40,993 nucleotides of DNA from a virus (lineage: Duplodnaviria > Caudoviricetes). Under the pieces are notes generated by a model, which ran no database searches, was not told the origin of the DNA, and was given only the letters and a program-made list of their open reading frames with translations. The translations under genes were made by a program, and so were the position numbers. Of this stretch, positions 17,163 to 26,272 are shown piece after piece (position 1 is the stretch's first letter; every line of letters starts with the position of its first letter). Where the stretch lies: positions 1-40,993 of IMG/VR virus record IMGVR_UViG_3300017965_000006. The stretch is one strand, 5' to 3'.

Positions 17163-17163
17163 A

Positions 17164-17787
17164 TCAGCCTCCCGCTCCGACAAGCCGCTGTGAGCCCTTC
17201 GAGTTTCTGAACAGCGAGCTGCCGCCGCCGCCGAAGAAGCCGGCATAATTGTTGCGATCGTTCGAGCCGATGCGCGACAGTCCGCTGACGAAATCGGTGA
17301 ACAGGGAGCCCAACGGCGAGAAGCCCTGTGGCATATTCAGATTCTCGGCTTGCCGGACGGCAGCAGCGGCGGCGGCTTGGTCGTTGCCGGTGGCGTTGAG
17401 CTGAGCAACCAGCCCGCTCCGGATCCCCTCCACGTCCGAACGGGTCCGGTTGGCGAGGTCGAGACCCTGATTGGCGACACCTATCCGCGCCTCGTCCATT
17501 TCGCGGGTCAGCTCGGTGTTTTTCCGGATAGAGGCGCTACTGTCGAGATTGCCGCGGCGGCCGAGCGCGTAGATTAGCGCGCGGGCCGCGTTGGACGCCT
17601 GCTGCTCAACACCGGGAAGGGCATAGTCGATATAGTCTTGGGACCGCTTGCCGTAGAAGGCATCATCGAATTTGCTGAACGTGTTGTCGATCGACTGCAT
17701 GCCACTGTTGATGCGCCGCTGACGAGCATCTTCATCCGCTCGCTGCTGCTTCGCCAACTTGCCGGCACCGCCGTCACCGAAACACAT
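17164..17787 (-). CDS. Internal virion (ejection) protein
   Basis: MCFGDGG start, helical Ala/Gln/Asn-rich; canonical position after the acetyltransferase-like gene. Confidence 0.7.
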   Translation of the reverse strand: MCFGDGGAGKLAKQQRADEDARQRRINSGMQSIDNTFSKFDDAFYGKRSQDYIDYALPGVEQQASNAARALIYALGRRGNLDSSASIRKNTELTREMDEARIGVANQGLDLANRTRSDVEGIRSGLVAQLNATGNDQAAAAAAVRQAENLNMPQGFSPLGSLFTDFVSGLSRIGSNDRNNYAGFFGGGGSSLFRNSKGSQRLVGAGG

Positions 17788-18270
17788 TCACCTGCCCCCG
17801 ACTGCCCAAGTGAAGACGTGAAAATCCTCGCCCTGGGTCCCTAGTCCCCTCTCTGTCCCCTCCCGGGAAGCCCCGAGAGTTGCGAGCCAGCGTTGCGCCT
17901 CTTCGTGCCCCTCCATCGAGCGGCATTGGAGCCGATGGGCGCCAGCCTTCTGCAGCGCTGGAATGATACTCCGCTTCACGAATTTTGTCACCGATAATCC
18001 GACTTTGTTGATTGACGGCGTGGCGAACATCCACATCGACCAAACCCCCGGCCACAGCTCGGTGCAGCCAAAGACGGCTATCGGCTCCATGTCCCGGCCA
18101 GCGACCCAAGAGACGTCGCCGGCAGCCATCACCATGTCGAGAAGGCCGGTGTCCGTGGGCTCGAAAGCAGGAGTTGCGAAAATCTCCCTGCGATCCCACT
18201 CCCGCATGCGCTGGATCACGAAAAGGGCGAGCCCGGGGTTGCCCTGGAGAGGCAGGCGCCACGCCGTCAC
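17788..18270 (-). CDS. GNAT-fold virion assembly protein (T7 gp13-like)
   Basis: MREWDRREI...GVWSMWMFAT...AQRWLATLGA; located after tail tube B. Confidence 0.7.
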   Translation of the reverse strand: MTAWRLPLQGNPGLALFVIQRMREWDRREIFATPAFEPTDTGLLDMVMAAGDVSWVAGRDMEPIAVFGCTELWPGVWSMWMFATPSINKVGLSVTKFVKRSIIPALQKAGAHRLQCRSMEGHEEAQRWLATLGASREGTERGLGTQGEDFHVFTWAVGGR

Positions 18271-19688
18271 GCCGCCTCAGCGGAGTGATAATGCAGCATG
18301 ATCTTGGACAGCTTCGCGGCTGAAGGTGTCTCAGAGACCAGCTTCAGCTTCACCAAGGGAGAGTGGCAGTTGAAGCCGATAGCCGGATCGGCAACCGTGG
18401 TATCTGTGACCTTCGTTATAAGGGTCCAGACGTCCGGCGCATTCGGATCCGCATTGATGTAGACCGTCCATTCGCCCTCGCAAATGATGTCGAAACCGAA
18501 GAACTGCTTAAAGGTCGCGACTTGCCGGCCATCAATGTAGGGGGTCTCGATAGTGACGGTCGACGTGTCGTAGGTCACGCCGTCATCCCCGCCAAAGAGA
18601 TAGACGGTATTTCCTGCTCGAGCCCAAAGCTTGCCGTCATCCGAAACCAAGGCGGTAATCGCAAAGTCGAGGTCGTAGCGAGACCATGCCGAAATCTGCC
18701 CGTCGGTGTAGTGCGAGAAGACGTAGCAACGCGTCCCCACCGCGAGCATGTACCTGCCGTCCACCGGATCGATCGCCGCGACAGCAGCCGCTCGCTCCGC
18801 CTCGCTCAGCGTGGCTAGGTAGGCTATCAGCTCCTCATCTATCGGAGTGCCGACATCCGTCACCCCGGCCCGATCCGAATTCGAGCGAGCCCGAAGGCTC
18901 CGTATCCCGGTGTCGGCCAAGAAGAAGACATCAATCTCTCCGAAGCTGACTATCGACCGCGGAGCGAATGTGCCGATGTTGGAAAGCACTTGGCGCTGAG
19001 CGTTGTTCGCGTCATCGATATCGAGCTCCCAGATTTGCGTGTTTCGGCGGGCGAAGACCGCCATCAGGTTCTGGTACTTGCCAAGGCCGGTCAGCGTTTC
19101 AGATCCCGACGACTGATTGGCCATGTTTTTGAAGCCCGCCCCGACAGCCGGCGGGCCGCTGTCGACCCAGGTCACTGGATCGTCGATATTCGAGAAATGC
19201 AGGACGCTATCCGCCGTGCCGTACAGCTTCGAGCCGAATGTCAGGAGCGAGGTCAGACGCTTGTTTTCAACGTCCGTCCCGCTTCCGGGCTCGAAAGCGG
19301 GGACATCTGCTCCGTCGTAAAAGTGGATGACGTCGCCGTTCGCGTAGCGCGCAACGCTGAAGATTTTGCCGTCGAAAAACTCGGTTGCGAGAAGGCTATT
19401 CATCGCCTGCCCGCTGCCATGCTCAAGGCGCTGATAGGTCACCCCCGAAGGGACCGCCGGGCTCGCCGCCGAGCCGAATGTGTAGAGAACACCATTTGCG
19501 CCCTCGAGGCCGAAGGTCTGACCGGGGGGAAGCGCGTGTTTGGCCACGAACGCCTTCCGCTTCTCAACTTCGCCGCCGCGAGTGATGTGGGCATTCGAGC
19601 ATGTCTGTAGACTGCCCGCCACCGACGCGGCCGGCATCTTCCGCCGATCCAGGCCGGCGCGGAAGTCCTCGATGATGATGTAAGGCAC
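18267..19688 (-). CDS. Tail tubular protein B / nozzle (beta-propeller)
   Basis: DFRAGLDRR N-terminus, beta-rich repeats, ISAWSRY motif; podoviral synteny. Confidence 0.8.
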   Translation of the reverse strand: MPYIIIEDFRAGLDRRKMPAASVAGSLQTCSNAHITRGGEVEKRKAFVAKHALPPGQTFGLEGANGVLYTFGSAASPAVPSGVTYQRLEHGSGQAMNSLLATEFFDGKIFSVARYANGDVIHFYDGADVPAFEPGSGTDVENKRLTSLLTFGSKLYGTADSVLHFSNIDDPVTWVDSGPPAVGAGFKNMANQSSGSETLTGLGKYQNLMAVFARRNTQIWELDIDDANNAQRQVLSNIGTFAPRSIVSFGEIDVFFLADTGIRSLRARSNSDRAGVTDVGTPIDEELIAYLATLSEAERAAAVAAIDPVDGRYMLAVGTRCYVFSHYTDGQISAWSRYDLDFAITALVSDDGKLWARAGNTVYLFGGDDGVTYDTSTVTIETPYIDGRQVATFKQFFGFDIICEGEWTVYINADPNAPDVWTLITKVTDTTVADPAIGFNCHSPLVKLKLVSETPSAAKLSKIMLHYHSAEAA

Positions 19689-19694
19689 GGCGGC

Positions 19695-20405
19695 CTACCG
19701 GGCGTAGGCAACCAGCGGGGTCCGGTCCCGCTCGCACCCCTCCGCCGGGTCGCTGGCAGTCCCCAGCCCAAAGGTGTTTCGGCGTGTCTTCGTGACCCGC
19801 CCTTGCAGCGTTTCGAGCCTACCCTTCGCCTTCGTGAGGGTGATCTGGGCAGAAGCGTCATTCTTCGCGGCGAGCATCGTCGCAGCAACGAAACCGACTA
19901 GAACTTGGTCATCCAAATCGGCGAGGTCGGAGTTCTCAATCAACGACCGCAACTTGCGAATACCGGTGAAGCGCAGCGCCAGGCCGTCGGTCTGAGGGAT
20001 CGGCCACACTTCAATTTGTGCGCCGTCACCGGTATCCTTCACGTCCCAGCGCTGAACCGGGTCGAGCCGAACATCGGTGTCGCTGTCGTGCTGGTTGTAG
20101 TGATCGACGTTGATCCCGCGATGCACGGGCAGCCAGCGCCCGCCCCACTTGATGTCGACCGACTGAATCCTCTCCAGGTTCATGTCGGTCGGCACGTCGT
20201 AGAAGCGTTGGCCGTTCTCCAAAAGCTTGTCGCGCGTAACCTTGAGGAACGGCCAATCGAAATCGTCGTAGAGTCGCTCCTGCTCGTCCCGAAGATCCTG
20301 CTGCATCTGAGGGATGAGGTTGGTGGAGGTGGAAGGATTGGGGTCGAGCTTAGCTCTCACGCGGAGTTGCGTGATGAGCTCCCCCAAGCTCGTGCCCCTA
20401 GCCAC
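19695..20405 (-). CDS. Tail tubular protein A / head-tail adaptor
   Basis: SLGELITQLR...DWPFL...YDVPTD...IEVWPIP adaptor pattern; synteny. Confidence 0.8.
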   Translation of the reverse strand: MARGTSLGELITQLRVRAKLDPNPSTSTNLIPQMQQDLRDEQERLYDDFDWPFLKVTRDKLLENGQRFYDVPTDMNLERIQSVDIKWGGRWLPVHRGINVDHYNQHDSDTDVRLDPVQRWDVKDTGDGAQIEVWPIPQTDGLALRFTGIRKLRSLIENSDLADLDDQVLVGFVAATMLAAKNDASAQITLTKAKGRLETLQGRVTKTRRNTFGLGTASDPAEGCERDRTPLVAYAR

Positions 20406-20408
20406 CCC

Positions 20409-20660
20409 CTATCCGTCCGTCAGGTCCGGATAGGCCTCGCGAAACCGAGCGGGGGGCATGACCTCAACTCCCTTCTCGGTCGTCACCACGATGTCACCAA
20501 CCTCAACCCGGAGAACGCCCCCGCCGCTCTCGATCTCGTGGTAGGTGTCCGCACGGTAGCGCTGCGGACCAGCGTCCGGCGTCCGCTGTGCCTGGGCCGC
20601 GGCCTGGGCCGGACGGCGAACGCGCTTGCGGCCTGAGGCCGCCGCCCCCTTAGCTGGCAC
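20409..20660 (-). CDS. Small basic hypothetical protein
   Basis: GTG start with GAGG upstream; C-terminal VEVGDIVVTTEKGVEVMPPARFREAY. Confidence 0.55.
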   Translation of the reverse strand: MPAKGAAASGRKRVRRPAQAAAQAQRTPDAGPQRYRADTYHEIESGGGVLRVEVGDIVVTTEKGVEVMPPARFREAYPDLTDG

Positions 20661-20982
20661 CCTCGGCCTCCTGCTCGGAAAGGCCCGGCTCAATCTCCGC
20701 CAGATGAACCGGCAGGCGCTTGATCGCGCCCGGGAAAAGGCGGTCTAACACCACGCCGGCCCCGCTCGGGGACGAAGCGCCGTTGCCGCCATACCGGCTC
20801 ACCAGACGGTCCCATTCCTGCGCATGGGACCGCTTGTCCATCCTCGTCGGCCGAATGTTGACCACCGAGTCGGCGCCATGAATCTCGCGAAGGATGAGGA
20901 TTTCCGCAGGAGTGACGTCCTGCTTCGGCACGACGCTGGTCACCGCCCCGCCAAGCCTCAGATCGATGTCGCTCAACTGCAT
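20650..20982 (-). CDS. Hypothetical virion-region protein
   Basis: GGGGAG RBS; VTPAEILILREIHG motif; lies between the capsid and adaptor genes. Confidence 0.75.
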   Translation of the reverse strand: MQLSDIDLRLGGAVTSVVPKQDVTPAEILILREIHGADSVVNIRPTRMDKRSHAQEWDRLVSRYGGNGASSPSGAGVVLDRLFPGAIKRLPVHLAEIEPGLSEQEAEGAS

Positions 20983-21002
20983 ATTCTAACTCCCCTTGAG
21001 TT

Positions 21003-21028
21003 TGGGGGCCCGCCGGTTCGGGCCCCCA
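21003..21028. terminator. Stem-loop after the decoration gene
   Basis: TGGGGGCCCG/CGGGCCCCCA 10-bp stem; no U-tract on the minus strand, so it may be a stability hairpin. Confidence 0.5.
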
Positions 21029-21033
21029 GATGC

Positions 21034-21915
21034 CTAGCCCGCGTACTGCGGGTTGCCGGTAAAGGTCGGATCGGGCAGCGCGCAGATAAGCGCGAACGCC
21101 TTGGAGCCGTCGCACGCCGAGTTGGGGTCATAAGTGCCCCGGACATCGGCAGTGGTTGCCGTGCTCTCCGTATCGAGCGCGAGGCCGGCGACGATGGTGC
21201 CCGCCGTCGGAGCCGCGCCGTTCTCGAGCTCCTTGAGCACGTGCACCGAGTTCGGGAGCCGAACGGGCAGGCCCAAGACGTCGCCGGTGCCGACCGTGGC
21301 GCCGGTGACGCTGGCATTGAACGATACCGACGTGATCCGCTTGAACGCCTTGACCCCGGTAAGGGACGTTCCCGAAGCGGACTTCTCCACGATGGTTCGC
21401 CCGTAAAGGTCGGTCCCCGTGACGGTGACGATGGCCGTCCCAGTCCAGGCGGCGACGACATTGCGGCCGGTGCAGCCAAGGTCGACCACGCCGCCCGAAA
21501 GCAGGGCGCCGTTCAGGACGGCAGTCGTGCTCGCGACCGACTGGCTGGCACAGATTCCGTCCGCATCCGCGGCGATCGGCGAGCCGAGGTTGAGGAAGGC
21601 CACCGACAGCGGCGTGTAAGCCTCGACGCCAGAAATGGAGACCGGATTCTCGGCCCCGATCTGGTCGAACTGGAAGTAGAAGTTGGAGCCCTGGGCCCAC
21701 GTCGCGCCGGTGCGATTGGTGACCGTGACGGCGGTGGCGCCAAACGACAGGCCGATGTCGGCGGGTGTCGATAGATCCTGATCGTTGATGACGAGCTTGT
21801 GGCCGATGCCCGCCGAGAAGTCGCCTCGCGACGTGCCGGTCGGGTAGGTGACGGTGAAGGTTCCCGCATCGGCAACGGCGGCGGCGAGAGATCCCTGAAT
21901 GACTTTCCTGCTCAT
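21034..21915 (-). CDS. Capsid decoration / minor capsid protein
   Basis: Directly after the major capsid gene; Thr/Gly/Ala/Val-rich beta protein ending ADVRGTYDP. Confidence 0.65.
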   Translation of the reverse strand: MSRKVIQGSLAAAVADAGTFTVTYPTGTSRGDFSAGIGHKLVINDQDLSTPADIGLSFGATAVTVTNRTGATWAQGSNFYFQFDQIGAENPVSISGVEAYTPLSVAFLNLGSPIAADADGICASQSVASTTAVLNGALLSGGVVDLGCTGRNVVAAWTGTAIVTVTGTDLYGRTIVEKSASGTSLTGVKAFKRITSVSFNASVTGATVGTGDVLGLPVRLPNSVHVLKELENGAAPTAGTIVAGLALDTESTATTADVRGTYDPNSACDGSKAFALICALPDPTFTGNPQYAG

Positions 21916-21930
21916 GGTCTTGCTCCTGCT

Positions 21931-21954
21931 CCCCGGGGGGCTGAGCCCCCGGGG
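21931..21954. other. GC stem-loop between capsid and decoration genes
   Basis: CCCCGGGGG/CCCCCGGGG inverted repeat just upstream of the AGGAG RBS. Confidence 0.5.
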
Positions 21955-21968
21955 GTGAAGTGGAAGGG

Positions 21969-23018
21969 TTATGCGACCTCATAGACGCCGTGGCAGTTGA
22001 GCTGGTCGGCGACCATGCCGCCGGTCCAGGTCAGGCCACGATAGAGGACGTATTTATCCGCCGGCCGCTCGGGCGAGGACGGCTTCATGTCCTCCCCATC
22101 CATCGGACGGAGGCACAAGTGCCTCTGGTCGATGAAATAGCAGAACTTCGAGAAGCCCAGGTCATCCAGCGTCGGATCGTACTGGAAGGCCCCGACGCCG
22201 CGCATCCGGATGTCGGCCATGCCGATGTCCGTGGAGCCGGCCTTGAGGAAGCCCTCCATCGTGTAGGTGCCCTTTTCGGACACCTCGAGCTCCAGCGCGT
22301 CGAGAAAGCTCGACCCGGCCAGCAGAAGCCCTGGCTTGCCGTTGTAGCGGGTGAGCTGCCGAACCTCGCTACGAAGCGTCTTGGTCAGCGTCTGGTTACT
22401 CGCAGACGCCGTGATCTTGCTCGTGCCGGTCAGAGCGCGATTGCGCCACCACGAATTCGCGGCGCGATCGATGCCGCCGGTGGTCCCGGTGGCGACGGTC
22501 GCGGTGGGCAGGATGATCGACTGGATGCCCGGGAACACTTTCGCGTCCTGGGAGCCGTCGAGCCAGCAGGTCCGGTTGAACGAGTCGGCCGAACCCTGCG
22601 CCATGTCGTCCAGCTTGTCCTCGAAAAGACCGGTGATGGCGGTCATTTCGCGTCCGTCGTGCTGAACGGTCTCGGCGCCGTTGGTGCTGACGACCGAAAT
22701 TCCGTCGGCCTTGAGCTCGGTGTGGGTGACCGAAATGCCGGCGTGCATTTCCTTCCACGGGTAGTTGTACTGCTTCATATTCGCCGGATTGGCGTAGGTC
22801 ACCGTGTCGTCGCCGCTGTAACCGGAGAAAGCGGTCGTGCGGGTGCCCTTCACGTTGCCGATGATGCTCTCCTTGCCGCCGGGAAAGACCTTCTGAGTCT
22901 TTCGCAGAGCGTCGTAGAGGGGGCGCGCCTGGGCGGCCTGATCGAGCGCTGGCCCTTTGACGAAAAAGTCGAGGGCGGCGTTGGCGATGTTGTTCAGTTC
23001 CTGAGCGGTGAACGGCAT
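21969..23018 (-). CDS. Major capsid protein
   Basis: 349 aa, follows portal and scaffold; strongly biased codons; HK97-fold-like layout ending LNCHGVYEVA. Confidence 0.85.
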   Translation of the reverse strand: MPFTAQELNNIANAALDFFVKGPALDQAAQARPLYDALRKTQKVFPGGKESIIGNVKGTRTTAFSGYSGDDTVTYANPANMKQYNYPWKEMHAGISVTHTELKADGISVVSTNGAETVQHDGREMTAITGLFEDKLDDMAQGSADSFNRTCWLDGSQDAKVFPGIQSIILPTATVATGTTGGIDRAANSWWRNRALTGTSKITASASNQTLTKTLRSEVRQLTRYNGKPGLLLAGSSFLDALELEVSEKGTYTMEGFLKAGSTDIGMADIRMRGVGAFQYDPTLDDLGFSKFCYFIDQRHLCLRPMDGEDMKPSSPERPADKYVLYRGLTWTGGMVADQLNCHGVYEVA

Positions 23019-23037
23019 TTTACTCTCCTGCCGAAAA

Positions 23038-24075
23038 TCAGGTTCCGCCGACTGCTGCTTCGATTGCTCCCCGCAGCGTCGTCGGAACCGCTGTTGCGGT
23101 TGCGGACGATCCGGCAGGAGTGGTGGTGTCGATGGGCGTACGCTTCGGCAGCGAGGCCTTGAGAGCCTTGTTTACCTGTTCATATGCCCGTGCGGTCAAA
23201 GCTACAGCCGCGTCGGGGGTCTTGGGGGGACCCTCCCTGTGGACGAGAGCAACGAGCGCCGATTCAACCAACTCTGCCTTCTTGGCGTAGTCGGGATCCG
23301 TCTTCCTCGTTTCCGTTTCCCACGCGCTCACCGCCGTAGCGGCAGCCTGAACCTGCGACCGGAGATCATCCGTCTCGGCCAGTTCGACAGCGGCGTTGGT
23401 GCGAGCCTCTTCCTGCTTGTCCTGGAGCGCCTTGGTCGCCCGCGTTTCAGCGAGTTCCCTGGCCACTGCCTCGTCAAGCTCTCCGTCCGTCACCCTCTGC
23501 TGAAGGTCGGCCGGAAGATCCTTGCCCAGCATTTCGCGAAGGGCTTGGACACGGGGCTCGAACCATTCCAGCGCCTCCCGAAGCTGAGTCGGATCGCCGC
23601 TCTTGAGGCGCGCCATGACCTCGAAGCCTTCGCCTACCTCATCCGGGCTCAGTCCATGGTGTTCCATGAACGTCGAAATCGACCGGAATTGCTCGGCATC
23701 GGGCTTGAGCTCGTCGCGCTCCCTTAGAACCGCCTTCCAACGCGGGTGTTCGTGGAACGGAACTTCGGCTTCTTCGCCGTCCTGCTCGCCTTCCGGCGCT
23801 TTCGCGCCTTCCGCCTCGCCGTCGGGCTTGGATCCTTGTTCACCTGCCGTGGTGGACGTTCCCGCGGCTTCTCCGCTGTTCGGCTCGACTACGCTTTTGA
23901 CGACATCGAGCAGCGATTGCGGAGGCTGATTAGCGTCCCTTTCGCCCGCAGCCGACGATTCTGCGGCATTAGCGTCGGTTGTGCCCTCGGGCGCTTCAAC
24001 CGCATTCGCGGCTGCGCCATCCGGCAAATCTTCCGAAGCGGCTGACGAGGCCCCCTCTGCCTGTTCAGGCGGCAT
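23038..24075 (-). CDS. Scaffolding protein
   Basis: Acidic disordered N-terminus, VPFHEHPRWK motif, coiled coil; lies between portal and capsid. Confidence 0.8.
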   Translation of the reverse strand: MPPEQAEGASSAASEDLPDGAAANAVEAPEGTTDANAAESSAAGERDANQPPQSLLDVVKSVVEPNSGEAAGTSTTAGEQGSKPDGEAEGAKAPEGEQDGEEAEVPFHEHPRWKAVLRERDELKPDAEQFRSISTFMEHHGLSPDEVGEGFEVMARLKSGDPTQLREALEWFEPRVQALREMLGKDLPADLQQRVTDGELDEAVARELAETRATKALQDKQEEARTNAAVELAETDDLRSQVQAAATAVSAWETETRKTDPDYAKKAELVESALVALVHREGPPKTPDAAVALTARAYEQVNKALKASLPKRTPIDTTTPAGSSATATAVPTTLRGAIEAAVGGT

Positions 24076-24111
24076 TTAGCGTCCCCCCATAAGAGAACGC
24101 CTGTCTACTAC

Positions 24112-24132
24112 TGTTGATCGACTAAATCAACA
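24112..24132. promoter_or_regulatory. Palindromic operator TGTTGAT-N7-ATCAACA
   Basis: Perfect inverted half-sites in the portal-scaffold spacer; same geometry at 32228-32248. Confidence 0.6.
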
Positions 24133-24136
24133 ATGA

Positions 24137-26272
24137 TCATTGCGGCACCGAACCGCCGGCCGGGAACATGGCTTGGGAGGTTCCACCGACTTCCTGAGGG
24201 CGGTTTTTATCGGCCCCCTCCGATCCTTGCGCGTTCGGATCCGAGGCCGGGTCGCCCGTGCTCGCCTGGGCCGTCCTGTTCTGAGCGAGAATCGAAGGCA
24301 GCCCGTCGATCACCGCTTCCGTCAGGTCTACATTGTCGTCCGCTAGCGTTACCGCTTTCTCGGCCAGCCAGCGGGGGGAAATGCCGGGCACCTGCACAAG
24401 GATCGGAACTAAGCGCTCGAAGGTGGCGGCGTCCCTGGCCTGGTCTGGTCGACCACTGGAGCCCGCCTTCACCTCCAACCACATTTCCTCCATCACCTCG
24501 CGTCGGGACAGGACCGGCCAGACGGCACCGGGACCGACGATTTTCTTCACAGTGGTCTCGTCCAGCTCGGTCAGCAGGACTTGGCCGGTTGCCCGCATCA
24601 GCGCGGTAAGCATTTCGTCCAGGTCGTCGCTGTTGAGGGCGATAGTGCCCCGGCGGCTTCCCTCGGCGATATTGCTCTCGGTCGCCGTCCCGCCGCTCAT
24701 CCCGCCTAGAATAGCCTCTTGGTTGCCGGTGACATAGGTCAGATCGGCAAACACGTCGTTCGTATCGTAGAGGTTCGGGTCAACGCCGACCTTCTGGACC
24801 GGCATCAGGATGTCGGACGCCTTTCCGCCATCCTTCAGCCCATTGATCTTGATGACCGTATGGGCGGCGTGCTGCTCGAGCGACTTTTCCTCTTCCTCTT
24901 CCAGCGCGCCGGCTGGAGCAAGGTAGAGCGGCCTGTTCGCGATCCGATGCTGGCGGCGCGCCTCCTTGGATCGATTGTACTCCTTTTGGATGTGCTTCAG
25001 CAATTCGACGTCCGACTTCGGGAACAGATCCCCCTCGTTCTCGACGTCATTGAAGGTGACGGCGAAATAGGGGAAGAATTGCTCGATGAAGATTTTGGGC
25101 GCCGCGGGCTCCCGGAGAAAATCCGGATAGCCCTCGGCAACGACAAATTCGAGGCCGGTGTCGCGGTCGTAGATATGCCAGACGCAAACCAGCCCTTGCT
25201 TGCCCGCCTGTGCGGGCCTGTAATTGGCTGCTTGAGGGGTTCCGCCGGCAACTCGATAGGCAGTGTAAGTGCCGCCGACGTCGATGCCGTAAACCTGCTT
25301 CACCCGGTTCGGGGTCAGCATCACCTCTTCCGCCAACCAGTCGGCGCCAATCCAGCCCATCAGCTTTTCTGTCGAAGGGCTGGGAATTAACCGGGTCGAA
25401 TGAGGGAAGCTGAACACGACTCCCTCCCGCACGATGACCTCAGGCTCGGCCTTGATCGCGGCCATGGCCAGGCGCAGCGTTTCGACCTCGGCGCTGTGCG
25501 CATCCGTCTGGCCATCCGCGATGTCAGCCTGCAAGGTGCCGATCGTCGCCAACCGCTCGGCCATATCCGAAAGCTTGCCGGTCTGCTCCTCGGACAGCTC
25601 CATCGCGCGCTGAAAGCCGAGCTTCACATAGCCTACGCCCGTGGTTCGGGCGCGGCGAACCATCTGCTTCATCTGCGACCGGAAGGGAGGTGTCCCCTCC
25701 GTCATGTAGAACTCCGCCAAGCAGGTTAGGGTCTTGCCCAGCTTGTCTAGCAGCTCGCGGCGTTCCACCCCTTGCTGAATGTCCGCGATGAGCGCCTGAG
25801 CCTGGGCGATGGCGGCCGGGTTGAGCGGCGGCGCGGCAGTAGCGCCCTCGGGCCCCATGGCCGCAGCGACCGCAAGCTGGGCGGCCTGGATGACCTGCAA
25901 GGCGGCCACGGCGCTTTCTTGCCGACCGTCCCACAGCTTGAAGTCCAGTCGCTTCCGACGTCCGACGGTAAGTGTGGGATTTCGCGCATAGAGCGCCGCG
26001 ACCGTCGTCTGAAGCACTCGCTGCACGAGGTTAGCCATGTACCTGGGATCATCTTCCTTTTGCCCAGGCCACTGCTTGCCGGCCGCGAACTCCATGTTCC
26101 GCCGCATCCGGTCGAAATCCTTCTTCCAGTGCGCCTTGCCTTCACGCACCCGGCCCTGCCACTTGGACACCAGCGCCGACCTGGACTCGCCCGGCTCGGG
26201 ATGCTCCCGCTGGATCATGCCTTTGCCGACGACCGGCGCGGCGGCGGCTTCGAGTTCTTCGACCATGCTCAC
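24137..26272 (-). CDS. Portal protein (podoviral, P22-like)
   Basis: 711 aa coupled to terL; FAAGKQW, GVGYVKLGF, TATESNI motifs. Confidence 0.85.
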   Translation of the reverse strand: MSMVEELEAAAAPVVGKGMIQREHPEPGESRSALVSKWQGRVREGKAHWKKDFDRMRRNMEFAAGKQWPGQKEDDPRYMANLVQRVLQTTVAALYARNPTLTVGRRKRLDFKLWDGRQESAVAALQVIQAAQLAVAAAMGPEGATAAPPLNPAAIAQAQALIADIQQGVERRELLDKLGKTLTCLAEFYMTEGTPPFRSQMKQMVRRARTTGVGYVKLGFQRAMELSEEQTGKLSDMAERLATIGTLQADIADGQTDAHSAEVETLRLAMAAIKAEPEVIVREGVVFSFPHSTRLIPSPSTEKLMGWIGADWLAEEVMLTPNRVKQVYGIDVGGTYTAYRVAGGTPQAANYRPAQAGKQGLVCVWHIYDRDTGLEFVVAEGYPDFLREPAAPKIFIEQFFPYFAVTFNDVENEGDLFPKSDVELLKHIQKEYNRSKEARRQHRIANRPLYLAPAGALEEEEEKSLEQHAAHTVIKINGLKDGGKASDILMPVQKVGVDPNLYDTNDVFADLTYVTGNQEAILGGMSGGTATESNIAEGSRRGTIALNSDDLDEMLTALMRATGQVLLTELDETTVKKIVGPGAVWPVLSRREVMEEMWLEVKAGSSGRPDQARDAATFERLVPILVQVPGISPRWLAEKAVTLADDNVDLTEAVIDGLPSILAQNRTAQASTGDPASDPNAQGSEGADKNRPQEVGGTSQAMFPAGGSVPQ

